Below, piece by piece: positions 58,701-64,000 of a DNA stretch of 64,000 nt. The DNA is from Podarcis tiliguerta. Taxonomy: Eukaryota. The notes under the pieces are model-generated. The model made no database searches, was not told where the DNA came from, and saw only the letters and a list, made by a program, of their open reading frames with translations. Every line of letters begins with the position of its first letter. Position 1 is the stretch's first letter. The DNA lies in assembly GCA_965153285.1 (NCBI GenBank), contig OZ229121.1. One strand, written 5' to 3'. Position numbers and translations under genes: made by a program.

Positions 58701-61553
58701 AGCTATTCTGGAGAAACACTAAAAGATACATTCTGCTCCTGGTGTTTCCAGCCTAGCTTTCCAAGTACAATTGTGTAAAAGAATACATATTTATTCACTA
58801 GGAATATTGTTTCCCTAATTAACATTTTAAAAGGCAAATATCTGATTCTGTACCAATATTTGATGGTCCTTTAAAAGTTCTATTCTTAAAGAGGCTTAAA
58901 CTGAACTCTCTCGTCCCCCATTCTAAAGCTTTTCCCCAGAGGAAGATTTTGGAACTACCGGTATCTGTTTAATAAAAACTGGACATCCATCAGAATTGCA
59001 GAAATAAAGCAGACCTTGTTGCAACCCTTTGCTCTGCCAGTTCCAATGGTCTCAGTGATGAAGGTAATGGCGACTGAACAGTAATGGATTTGGGAAAGGA
59101 CTGGAACCTTCTGCAGGAGAGATCCAAAGCCTCTCTCCTCCTGTCAAACTTGATGGACCTTACACTTCAATGTAAGATCTAGAGTCAAACTGGTAAAAGG
59201 TTGTACAGTCTAAAGGAGCATCTAAGATAAGTAATTAGCACAGCAGTACACAGTGTTTTGAAAATCTAGATGTTTTTTCATTCATTAAAAACTATTCTTA
59301 GAAAAAAAATCTGCAAATGTGAAATCCTTTCAGAGATTTCCTATAACTCAAGATTGCAGAACCAAGCAAAAAGCTCACAACCTATCCAAATAATCTCCAT
59401 GTACAATTGTACAATGCAAAGCACAAATGAATACTCACGCATACAATCTAAACAGCAAAGTATCAAAGGAAAAACAAGACAAGCTAACATGAAAAACTGA
59501 CAATTTTGCCCAAGGTACAATACTAAGCTAAATTTATCTGGTCCAAAAGCAGCTTCAATTAAATGCAGGAAACAACTAGAGCTGTTCATTTATTAATTTT
59601 TATTTAATCAAATATTTATCCCACCTTTTGGTTCCAATGGGGCCAAGGGAGCACATACCATTTCCTTGATTTAAGGTATTTTTTAAAAACCAGATGCTTG
59701 GTAAGAATAAGAATTATCTGGCCTATCAGAACAAACTATGGCCAAGAACTGAAGAATCATGTGTCACCTCCCAAGTGCTTGAATACACTCCCCATTTCCT
59801 GGTTCCTCTTCCACTGCTCCTTGCTGCATCAGGTTATCTCTACACTTTCTGGAATAGTTTTTTGGATGGGATTATGGCGGATACAAAGGGAAAGGGGTTG
59901 CACAGAAAGCTTGGACTGTAAAGCACTCTCCCTAATATAAAGAAGCTCCTCACTCGGGAAACAAGTAGTGACTACTGCCACTGATAAAGACTTGTCACAC
60001 TCAAAACACATTATGAAAACTATTTTTAGGAATGGAGTGGGTTTGCAAATAGACACAATATTTTTCTTCAACATATTTAGAACTTCCCCTCCAGATTTTG
60101 TTTGGTTTGCAGTTGGCACTGTCCTCTGTCAGCTGATGCACAGAAGCACCAGGCCAAAGGCCAAATAATAATTTATAATAATTTATTTTTTGTACACCGC
60201 CCATATGACTGGGTTGCCCCAGCCACTCTGTACATCTGCATCTATAAATCAGATGCACATGTGTACATTGCCCATTGACACACATGTAAATTATCTAAAT
60301 GCATGGCGTGCATGCAAATTACCCAGCAGTGAATCTACATGGCTGGCTGAAATCTTGTTCCAGTACGGTTGCACAAAAATTCCATGACTGGGCAGATTGC
60401 TCAGCCATGCTGTTCCCATTGTCACCCCCATCTTTACCGTGGGCAGGGACAGATGAGAAACCACTGTGGACTATGGTCACATATACATATTACATACATA
60501 GAACCTTTAATAATATGGTGCAGAGACAATTTTAGCAGTCATTTTCCTTACTTAAGAACTAGGCAGGTGATTTCATTCTGTTTGTAGTACAACTCGGGTA
60601 ACAAGGTTCTTCTTGTTTAATAGAAGGAACAAGTGCTATTTTGGCACTGTCCTTTTTAAAAATAAAAACACAGAAATAGGCTGCAAGGGGGGGGTGACCC
60701 CATGTCTTTTCAATAGAGGGTCAATGTTTCTACTGCTATAACTCACAGAGCCAAGAGCAAAACTCATGAACACAAAACCAAAAGAGATAGAAAGCGTTAC
60801 GACATATGGTATTCTTTCATAAAGCAAAATGATAATGAACATGGACACCACTGACATTCTTCTCTCTCACATTCAATGCCTTTGAATTATGACAAGCAAT
60901 ACTGAAGGACTGTGTGTACGGCCACAAAGCATGCAGAAAGCAACGTAAGGTAATTATACCTGTTGCAATCCATCTGTACCATATGCTGCCCTCATTTCTT
61001 CTAGCTCTCTGTTTAGCTCTTCAATCTCTTGCTGTTTTCCAGCCAATTCATTCTCCATCATCTCCAGTCGTGCTATAGAATGCTGTATCCCAAGCTCAGA
61101 ATAATTCTCTCCAAATCCAAATTCTTCTTCCTAAACCAATCCAAGTTCCTTAGCGTCTCAGCATTTTATAAAATTTGTTCAAGGTGAGGATACTTAAAAC
61201 ATTTCCTTCTCATCAGATAGCACTTTAGCACATTGCTATGGAAACCTGTTTTGTTAGTATAATTTGCTCCAGAAGAGCAGTAACAATACAGTACTGCTGT
61301 GACATCAGTTATAAACTGAATTTTGTCTTCTAAAGATTACTGAAGAAGCAATAGCATACATATATAAACTACATAAGGTAGTAAACTTTTAAGGCATGCA
61401 AGAAAATGAATTTCTGTTAGCAATCCTGATACATTCCCCAATGCAAAGCATCAAGTGTGTTTAGTATTGAGTGCCATGATTTAATTTTAAATACTATACC
61501 CTAATAAAGTCTGCAGGTACCTCTGTTCTTGTCAAAAAACTGCAACCATTTAC
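220..61553 (-). CDS. AKAP9: A-kinase anchor protein 9 (AKAP450/CG-NAP), partial multi-exon gene: 35 exons in window, both ends outside window
   Basis: Exons have canonical AG/GT ends, phases chain without a break, and total 8841 nt. Peptides match AKAP9 as I recall it (ELAGKQQEIEELNRELEEMR, MEAQRICLSLVYSAHVDQVRE, KANNRLLKILLEVVKTT, NISSRLQAAVEKLLE, QELHAAEIMDMETRHISE). Confidence 0.97.
505..731. mobile_element. Tc1/mariner-pogo-type MITE
   Basis: TIRs cagtggttcctcaggtta ... taacccgaggtaccactg with TA on both sides. Confidence 0.85.
1731..1995. mobile_element. Tc1/mariner-pogo-type MITE
   Basis: Perfect TIR cagtggtgccccgcaaga ... tcttgcggggcaccactg, TA flanks, internal cgcaagacg repeats. Confidence 0.9.
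2189..2380 (-). CDS. AKAP9: AKAP9 exon (192 nt) GLLRAIHREGEQIISLSESPY...IHRDTE
   Basis: tttttaacag|GGATTG...ACTGAG|gtaatt; phase 0-0. Confidence 0.94.
2922..3043 (-). CDS. AKAP9: AKAP9 exon (122 nt) DSSSDWSQGAYLLPSQG...LPKGIK
   Basis: ctgttttag|ACTCTA...ATAAAG|gtaaat; phase 1-0. Confidence 0.92.
3194..3251 (-). CDS. AKAP9: AKAP9 exon (58 nt) GIPGIAQPSSSNARDGCSS
   Basis: gaattttag|GGGATC...CCAGTG|gtaaga; phase 0-1. Confidence 0.87.
4090..4551 (-). CDS. AKAP9: AKAP9 exon (462 nt) VKETSLLRLEEDL...QELHAAEIMDMETRHISE...LRDKE
   Basis: catttctag|GTAAAA...AAAGAG|gtgtgt; phase 0-0. Confidence 0.94.
4955..5101 (-). CDS. AKAP9: AKAP9 exon (147 nt) VAKELSENK...RAESVAAKEELNSYREKAEKLNEQLM
   Basis: gctgtgcag|GTGGCT...TTAATG|gtaaga; phase 0-0. 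Confidence 0.92.
5408..5543. mobile_element. hAT-type palindromic MITE
   Basis: TIR caggcttcctcaacct...aggttgaggaagcctg; 8-bp TSD gcttacca/acttacca; near-identical copy at 45360-45495. Confidence 0.88.
6419..7486 (-). CDS. AKAP9: AKAP9 large exon (1068 nt) including second PKA-RII anchoring helix LEQKVAAALVSQAQLKAVLE
   Basis: ccacctag|GTGATT...GCTCAG|gtgtgt; ORF 6404..7486; phase 0-0. Confidence 0.95.
8170..8419. mobile_element. Tc1/mariner-type MITE
   Basis: TIR cagtcgtaccttgg ... ccaaggtacgact, TA flanks; related copies at 48013 and 63966. Confidence 0.85.
8510..8695 (+). repeat. Dispersed squamate repeat fragment (unclassified)
   Basis: ctagtccagcatcctgttctctcagtggccaaccagatgcctatgggaagccc motif; similar copies at about 40870-41055 (-) and 50725-50980 (+). 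Confidence 0.6.
10276..10455 (-). CDS. AKAP9: AKAP9 exon (180 nt) EDMEKMGLAIQK...LEITTDNK
   Basis: tgtctgtag|GAGGAT...AACAAA|gtacat; phase 0-0. Confidence 0.92.
10677..10829 (-). CDS. AKAP9: AKAP9 exon (153 nt) IINLEEQLEQFREELENKNEEVQQLHMQLEIQ...
   Basis: gtatatag|ATCATA...TTCAAG|gtaatt; phase 0-0. Confidence 0.94.
11814..11918 (-). CDS. AKAP9: AKAP9 exon (105 nt) VEERKQFGSTTIRGELPLEAQLQAE...DRKEKE
   Basis: tactttaaag|GTGGAG...AAAGAG|gtagag; phase 0-0; upstream intron only 106 nt. Confidence 0.92.
12025..12201 (-). CDS. AKAP9: AKAP9 exon (177 nt) VEQLTNHLKEKTDKCSELLLSKEQLQRD...SADSLQK
   Basis: tgtcaccag|GTTGAG...CAAAAG|gtattt; phase 0-0. Confidence 0.95.
13170..13294 (+). mobile_element. 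Penelope-like element terminal-repeat relic with degenerate hammerhead motif
   Basis: ctgacaa-agtgggc-tcta-gttcac-aaaagctta followed by aataaa...aacacgcttcacccctggaa, the layout I recall for reptile PLE ends. Confidence 0.6.
14049..14168 (-). CDS. AKAP9: AKAP9 exon (120 nt) EQAIDREHERDVFQQEI...EHQNRE
   Basis: cattttcag|GAACAG...AGAGAG|gtaaga; phase 0-0. Confidence 0.95.
14762..14916. mobile_element. Degenerate Tc1/mariner-type MITE
   Basis: ta|cagtcatacct ... aggttccactg|ta; shares cgcttcaggttac with the 505-731 element. Confidence 0.65.
15332..15564 (-). CDS. AKAP9: AKAP9 exon (233 nt) LLAETEKLMKEKIEVQRQAEKE...KTKKFLD
   Basis: ataaaacag|AGTTGC...CTAGAT|gtaagt; phase 1-0. Confidence 0.95.
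17041..17079 (-). CDS. AKAP9: AKAP9 39-nt symmetric cassette microexon (R)LVDAAVDAASQA
   Basis: tttttctgttctcctag|GCCTAG...AAGCAG|gtgtgt; phase 1-1, frame-preserving; TGCATG 15 nt into the downstream intron. Confidence 0.85.
18160..18223 (+). mobile_element. CR1 LINE 3' tail
   Basis: ggttggactagat...ctttgcaactct...atgattccatgatt (degenerate ATTCTATG octamer tail). Confidence 0.6.
18751..18963 (-). CDS. AKAP9: AKAP9 exon (213 nt) LIDGYADEKSLLEEQIQEK...DAGPAEQ
   Basis: ttcctaaag|ATCTTA...GAACAAC|gtatgt; phase 1-1. Confidence 0.94.
20603..20642. repeat. (TC)n microsatellite
   Basis: About 20 TC units. Confidence 0.95.
20971..21535 (+). mobile_element. 5'-truncated Rex1/Babar-like non-LTR retrotransposon
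   Basis: ORF 21151..21408 (DDSHPGHHLFNLLPSGRRYR...LKNSFYP) and upstream RKAQQRLHFLR are typical of the Rex1/Babar RT C-terminus; in-frame stop; AATAAA and (TAT)n tail. Confidence 0.8.
22721..22734. promoter_or_regulatory. RFX X-box
   Basis: GTTTCTATGGCAAC fits the palindromic X-box consensus GTTNCY-AT-RGNAAC; a minus-strand donor CAGG|gtaaga lies about 43 nt away at 22678. Confidence 0.55.
23439..23601 (-). CDS. AKAP9: AKAP9 exon (163 nt) LEHAKVTQTELIRESFKQEQE...ELSKAE
   Basis: tcacacag|CTTGAA...GCAGAGA|gtaagt; phase 0-1. Confidence 0.95.
23805..23890 (-). promoter_or_regulatory. Candidate internal promoter / short first exon (CRE-like, two ETS cores, M-box E-box, splice donor)
   Basis: TTACGTCA 23882-23889, CACTTCC 23871-23877, CCGGAA 23860-23865, GTCACATGAC 23832-23841; minus-strand donor GTGCAG|gtattt at 23805. 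Confidence 0.4.
26167..26200. repeat. (AC)17 microsatellite, read as (UG)17 in AKAP9 pre-mRNA
   Basis: Direct observation. Confidence 0.95.
26215..26544 (-). CDS. AKAP9: Candidate alternative last exon of AKAP9, 109 aa: LRQIALSDERRQQRYSRMDSYRTYWAS...SMKEPEGI*
   Basis: Acceptor aaacctttcatag|CTAAGG is phase 0, matching the donor at 30074, and is open for 109 codons to TAA; includes ORF 26215..26493. Confidence 0.55.
   Translation of the reverse strand, partial: LRQIALSDERRQQRYSRMDSYRTYWASNLFSGLKSEKSEEEDTYEVESRVPLPYPFPFTEELDENNSVVVNTSIFHFRRRKNEHRVRVVSKISLPTPPYSVSMKEPEGI
26626..26682 (-). CDS. AKAP9: Candidate short alternative last exon: LIFTWASPYLRVTYPDVN* (phase 0)
   Basis: Very strong acceptor ctttcttttcttctcaag|TTGATA; phase 0 gives 18 aa then TGA. 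Confidence 0.4.
   Translation of the reverse strand: MIFTWASPYLRVTYPDVN
27667..28169 (-). mobile_element. 5'-truncated BovB (RTE-clade) LINE
   Basis: LDSILKSRDITLPTKVRIVKAMVFPV...DAFELWCWRRLLRVP; (CAA)n tail; 11-bp TSD tgaaatagaat at 27656-27666 and 28170-28180; frameshift and stop. Confidence 0.93.
30074..30300 (-). CDS. AKAP9: AKAP9 exon (227 nt) EKASSSYHG...NISSRLQAAVEKLLETINETTNQ
   Basis: tttatgtag|AAAAGG...AATCAG|gtagca; phase 1-0. Confidence 0.94.
31745..32275 (-). mobile_element. Ancient 5S-rRNA-derived SINE, AmnSINE1/DeuSINE-like
   Basis: Minus strand: 5S head gaagctaagcagggtc..cctggtcagtactt..gatgg, then aagtggtgtcggtggctcagta...cccgactcagccttaaccaatg; tail tgtaaagtgctttgacatcc..gatgaaaggtgccatgtgaatgtaa. 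Confidence 0.7.
35944..36130 (+). mobile_element. L2-type LINE 3' fragment
   Basis: Degenerate APTLWNPLP...KTILVQQAF* RT terminus. Confidence 0.55.
36148..36208 (-). mobile_element. CR1 LINE 3' tail
   Basis: agaatcatagtatcatagaattatagagctggga...gatcatctagtc. Confidence 0.55.
37027..37322. mobile_element. Tc1/pogo-type MITE with internal tandem duplication
   Basis: ta|ccgtattggcctgaatataagc ... gcttatattcggaccaatacgg|ta; duplicated tgaccttacaaaaaatatccagta. Confidence 0.85.
38506..38774. mobile_element. Young hAT-type non-autonomous transposon
   Basis: TIR caggggtcggcaa ... ttgccgacccctg; perfect 8-bp TSD tgctatgg; CpG-rich body. Confidence 0.92.
40743..40775. repeat. (AC)n microsatellite
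   Basis: Direct observation. Confidence 0.95.
41309..41517 (-). CDS. AKAP9: AKAP9 exon (209 nt) CALQKANNRLLKILLEVVKTT...AYEA
   Basis: ctgtttccag|ATGTGC...AAGCAG|gtactt; phase 2-1. Confidence 0.94.
42743..42843 (-). CDS. AKAP9: AKAP9 exon (101 nt) GENVSQNESKEEIG...DILSKE
   Basis: ttacccag|GGTGAA...GAAAG|gtatgc; phase 0-2. Confidence 0.92.
43315..43455 (-). CDS. AKAP9: AKAP9 exon (141 nt) SDTLDSESIITEREQMLLEELE...KNSGTQTQ
   Basis: tttttttag|AGTGAC...ACACAG|gtagtg; phase 0-0. Confidence 0.93.
43645..43686. repeat. (GT)n-(CA)n palindromic microsatellite
   Basis: (GT)9G followed directly by (CA)n. Confidence 0.9.
44501..44685 (+). mobile_element. Penelope-like element relic (inverted termini) with degenerate hammerhead motif
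   Basis: ggtagccgtgttggtctg...ccagtagca / ctgaagaagtgtgcatgcacacaaaagctta...tgctactgg. Confidence 0.7.
44804..45028 (-). CDS. AKAP9: AKAP9 exon (225 nt) IQNEVS...YEERLEDMRQELVRQHQEHQQATE...QLAE
   Basis: aatacag|ATTCAA...GCAGAG|gtaatg; phase 0-0. Confidence 0.93.
45360..45495. mobile_element. hAT-type palindromic MITE (same family as 5408-5543)
   Basis: TIRs; 8-bp TSD gtttgaac/ctttgaac. Confidence 0.88.
45685..46038 (-). CDS. AKAP9: AKAP9 exon (354 nt) VVVTMSVEFAQKNELARI...QNSSL
   Basis: tttattaag|GTGGTG...TCTCTG|gtaaat; phase 0-0; ORF 45646..46053. Confidence 0.88.
47038..47112 (-). CDS. AKAP9: AKAP9 exon (75 nt) LTNDIAVTEFLEEQYQEKLLQEVAK (first half of PKA-RII anchoring helix)
   Basis: atatatag|CTCACT...GCAAAG|gtacca; phase 0-0. 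Confidence 0.9.
47752..47842 (-). CDS. AKAP9: AKAP9 exon (91 nt) ISVESQENEVKQNG...ENPEE
   Basis: ttctttttag|TATTTC...GAAGAG|gtacgg; phase 2-0 restores frame. Confidence 0.85.
48013..48191. mobile_element. Truncated Tc1/mariner MITE (inverse copy of the 8170-8419 family)
   Basis: ta|cagtcgtaccttggttttc...aacccggaagtgactgtt; second TIR absent. Confidence 0.75.
48606..49082. repeat. Long imperfect inverted repeat (arms about 48606-48750 and 48917-49082)
   Basis: caataccactgctgagga...tttcttacccatcct...caggttacaa is the reverse complement of ttgtaacctg...aggatgggtaagaaa...tcctcagcagtggtattg. Confidence 0.85.
49484..49682 (-). CDS. AKAP9: AKAP9 exon (199 nt) DLKVRSPCWEDLDNFKTRLEEQHAQE...
   Basis: atacatag|ATCTTA...CTTCAG|gtacct; phase 1-2. 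Confidence 0.92.
50328..50430 (-). CDS. AKAP9: AKAP9 exon (103 nt) LEEQEASFAEYNGKESDC...QDLA
   Basis: ttttctccag|CTTGAA...TTGCTG|gtaaag; phase 0-1. Confidence 0.87.
51120..51217 (-). CDS. AKAP9: AKAP9 exon (98 nt) ALQGTLQILLSKITEEYHRLL...DRKK
   Basis: ctgcctttag|CTTTGC...AAAAAG|gtaggt; phase 1-0. Confidence 0.9.
52145..52250 (-). CDS. AKAP9: AKAP9 exon (106 nt) SLCSVQLENVSPAVESG...AEAQ
   Basis: tttgtttatag|TCCCTT...CCCAAG|gtaaca; phase 0-1. Confidence 0.87.
52546..52625 (-). CDS. AKAP9: AKAP9 exon (80 nt) DEEGQSPWVHLERLSKTVAEECSKLTQ
   Basis: cttcacag|ATGAAG...ACTCAG|gtgaga; phase 1-0. Confidence 0.9.
53383..53593 (-). CDS. AKAP9: AKAP9 exon (211 nt) SDLKLQMEAQRICLSLVYSAHVDQVRE...
   Basis: ctacttag|AGCGAT...AACTTAG|gtaaag; phase 0-1. 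Confidence 0.94.
54086..56506 (-). CDS. AKAP9: AKAP9 giant coiled-coil exon (2421 nt)
   Basis: ctattacag|GAAAAA...GAACAG|gtattt; covers most of the 826-aa ORF 53957..56437; phase 0-0. Confidence 0.96.
57659..57856 (-). CDS. AKAP9: AKAP9 exon (198 nt) LQASEALRNTSHSSTAADLLQAKQQ...AFET
   Basis: gtataag|TTGCAG...GAAACG|gtatat; within ORF 57608..57865. Confidence 0.93.
58499..58654 (-). CDS. AKAP9: AKAP9 exon (156 nt) LQEFEAAIKKRDDIITQL...LQIQFQH
   Basis: cctttag|TTACAA...CAACAT|gtaagt; phase 0-0. Confidence 0.95.
60960..61130 (-). CDS. AKAP9: AKAP9 exon (171 nt) EEEFGFGENYS...AAYGTDGLQQ
   Basis: ggtttag|GAAGAA...CAACAG|gtataa; phase 0-0. Confidence 0.95.
61500..61553 (-). CDS. AKAP9: AKAP9 exon (window exon 1, 54 nt) VNGCSFLTRTEVPADFIR
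   Basis: tttttatacag|GTAAATGGT...ATTAGG|gtatag; phase 0-0; resembles mammalian VNGCSFVMR exon. Confidence 0.85.
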
Positions 61554-62968
61554 CTGTATAAAAAGAATTTCTAGATGCATTATAAATTTAAATTGTAACT
61601 TACAATGCAACCCTGCACATATTTACTCACAATTAAGTCCCATGGAATTCAAAGGGGCTTATTCCTCAGCAAACATACACAGGATTACAGCCTCAGATTC
61701 TAGCTTTGCCTGATTACATTTTATTCCTCCCTCAAATTATGCAAATATAGCCAGTAAGTCCATAGCTTTTTGGACAGTAAGATATAACAAAGAACACTGC
61801 CGTTTTCCATGGCATGTTTTTCATACAAAAATCTGAACCGGTTCAGATAAACAGTTTGTATATTTATAGGGTTCCAAATCCACAGTGTTTTACATACCAA
61901 TTTGCCATGTAGCACCTTTTTATTTTAAAAGATATGATATTAATATGCTGTCCAGAAGTAAGATGTGCATATCAGCAGAAAATAGATCAAGGTTTCTGTA
62001 ATATACATACACCAAAAGACAGACTTTAAAAGCTGACAGAAGTGAGTTATCAATGTATTTTTGGTGTTTCAGTGGGAGTTAATTCTATGACTTATTGCCT
62101 TATGAGAATGAAGGGGCATGAAAGGGCCAAATATCTAAATTTTAAGTGACATGATTTTGAAAAGAATACTCTGCCATGATTTGCTCAAGATTTGCATAAA
62201 ATATTGTATATAGGGGGGATCTTAGCACCCATAACATTACTGATATGAAGCACCTTCACTATATTCTTTTTGGCACCTGCTAAAACATTCTTATTTAGAC
62301 AAACCTACGCAGATGTTTAGAAAGTTGATGAGAGTTTCAATTTGTTACAGTCTTTTGTTGTTTTAACTTTTTGCTGTAAAATTTTAAGTGATGATTTCAT
62401 TGTTTTACCTTTTTAGTAAACCACTTTGAGTTTTTTTCTACAATCAAGCGGTGTATAAATGTTACAAATAAATAAAAGCTAAGTAAGTAAATAAATAAAT
62501 AAGTAAGTAATTCACTCCCAGAAAGCCAGACTCTGGGCTGAGGAATAGAACATTATTAAAATATAGGAACCTGCAATCTAATGACTATGCTTATAGCACT
62601 GAACAGCAAAACACAGAAGTCATTAACATTACTGTTCAATAAAAAGAGCTGCAGAATTTGTCTGCTGAACTAGTCCGTTATTATTCCAGGTCATCTCGTT
62701 CCAACTTAAAACTCAACAATTTTCGCCACGGTGTAAAGGTACACAGAAAGCATGTGAATTATTAAGCGCTACTGAAAATAAACTGGTGGTTTGAATTAAA
62801 CATTAAAGCATTAAACCTTTTGCAGCATGTGCAGATACCAATTCTAAAAAACCCTCCAAGGTACAATATATGAATGAATTCCCTATCAGGACAGAGCATA
62901 CGACATTCCCCATCCTTTTCATCTCATATGTGAATTCTATCCTCTCATATTACCCTAGGTCCATCTTA

Positions 62969-63058
62969 TATTATTAATTATTATTATTATTATTATTATT
63001 ATTATTTTTTTTTATTGAATTTATATACCGCCCTATACCCGCAGGTCTCAGGGCGGTT
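62969..63058 (-). repeat. (TAT)n tail plus 3' end of a retroposon
   Basis: tattattat...tttatataccgccctatacccgcaggtctcagggcggtt. Confidence 0.6.
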
Positions 63059-63609
63059 GGGATCCAGACCAGTGCAAGTAGATGCTATGTTTCCATGAAG
63101 AAACTTGTCCCAATATTGAGGTTATCCAGAGTCGGCTACCATGCACTGAAAAGTGATGCCTCTGGGAGGCATTTTTGCCTCTTCCTCTTCTCAAGAGTTC
63201 AAGAAGCACTTTCCGCCTGTGTAGGAGGGTGCTTGAAACTTGTCCCATGTGCTAACTCTGGAATTGTTGCTCAGTGAAAGGAAAGAGGAGGTCTCCTAAT
63301 AACTCTTAGCACCCTTAACAAACTATGGTTCCCAGGATTATTTGGGGCTGGGGAGCCATGAAAGCTTAAAGTGGTATAATGCTGCTTTAAATGTATAGTT
63401 CAGATGGGGCCTCTGGATACAAATGTCGTCCTAAACTCCAATGTGGGTACCTAGGATCCCATAGCCCTCCTAAACTATCACTACCTTTCCATGTGAAAGC
63501 CTGCTATGTAATTCTCAGCCTGCTATGTAATTCTCAGTGTGTGTCTAATAGATGCACAAAGAAAGTTAAAAGTTTAAGGCAAACGTGCTTGAAACATATT
63601 TCCTTTATC

Positions 63610-63895
63610 TAGGGTTGCCATGTTTCAAAAAGTGAAAATCCAACACAAAATTTGTTAAGCTTTTTTTTGGGGGGGGCGGGGAGCGAGAAAAGTTGTTTCG
63701 CTTTTATGGCAAAATCACAAAAAAATGATGTTTTCGAGCTATTTTTAAGGAAGGTGGCAAAAAAGACACTGCCAACATGGGTTGCCATACGTTTGGATTT
63801 TCCTGGAAACCCCCCCCCCCCCCATTTCCATCTGGATGCTTCCAACTACAGTATTCTGGATATGTCCAGGAAATTCCGGACGTATGGCAACCATA
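63610..63895. mobile_element. hAT-like MITE(s) with gggttgcca termini
   Basis: tagggttgcca at 63610, gggttgccatacgt at 63779, reverse acgtatggcaacc ending about 63892. Confidence 0.6.
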
Positions 63896-63965
63896 TCATC
63901 CAGCATAAAAGATATATGATCAAGACTTAAAAGCAACAAAACAATTCAGCGTATGAAATATAGTA

Positions 63966-64000
63966 CAGTCGTACCTTGGTTGATGAACGCCTTGCGAGTC
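63966..64000. mobile_element. Start of Tc1/mariner MITE, cut by window edge
   Basis: ta|cagtcgtaccttgg TIR identical to the 8170 element. Confidence 0.65.

Noticed and set aside
63612-63795. GTTGCCAT X-box half-sites
   Set aside because: They are MITE terminal repeats and lack the second half-site.
1-64000. Prokaryotic-type systems (CRISPR arrays, operons), tRNA or snoRNA genes
   Set aside because: Eukaryotic intron-exon DNA; no repeat-spacer arrays, cloverleaf or convincing C/D or H/ACA structure seen by eye.

Overview
Vertebrate genomic DNA, almost certainly a squamate (lizard-type MITEs, BovB, CR1/L2 and Penelope relics). The whole window lies inside one minus-strand gene, AKAP9 (AKAP450/CG-NAP/yotiao). 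I traced 35 GT-AG exons by hand from 61553 down to 220. They splice in frame to 8841 nt (about 2947 aa, including a 39-nt cassette microexon). The first exons and the C-terminal PACT exons lie outside the window. The most interesting structure is mid-gene (about 22.7-26.7 kb). One intron holds in-frame candidate alternative last exons (109 aa and 18 aa), a (UG)17 tract and an enhancer/promoter-like motif cluster ending in a splice donor. The next intron holds a consensus RFX X-box next to another strong donor. Together these suggest the gene can be expressed as separate N-terminal and C-terminal halves; this is inference and needs RNA data. Other observations are a candidate poison exon, an RBFOX-flanked microexon, an AmnSINE1-like 5S-derived SINE, degenerate Penelope hammerhead relics and a long intronic inverted repeat.
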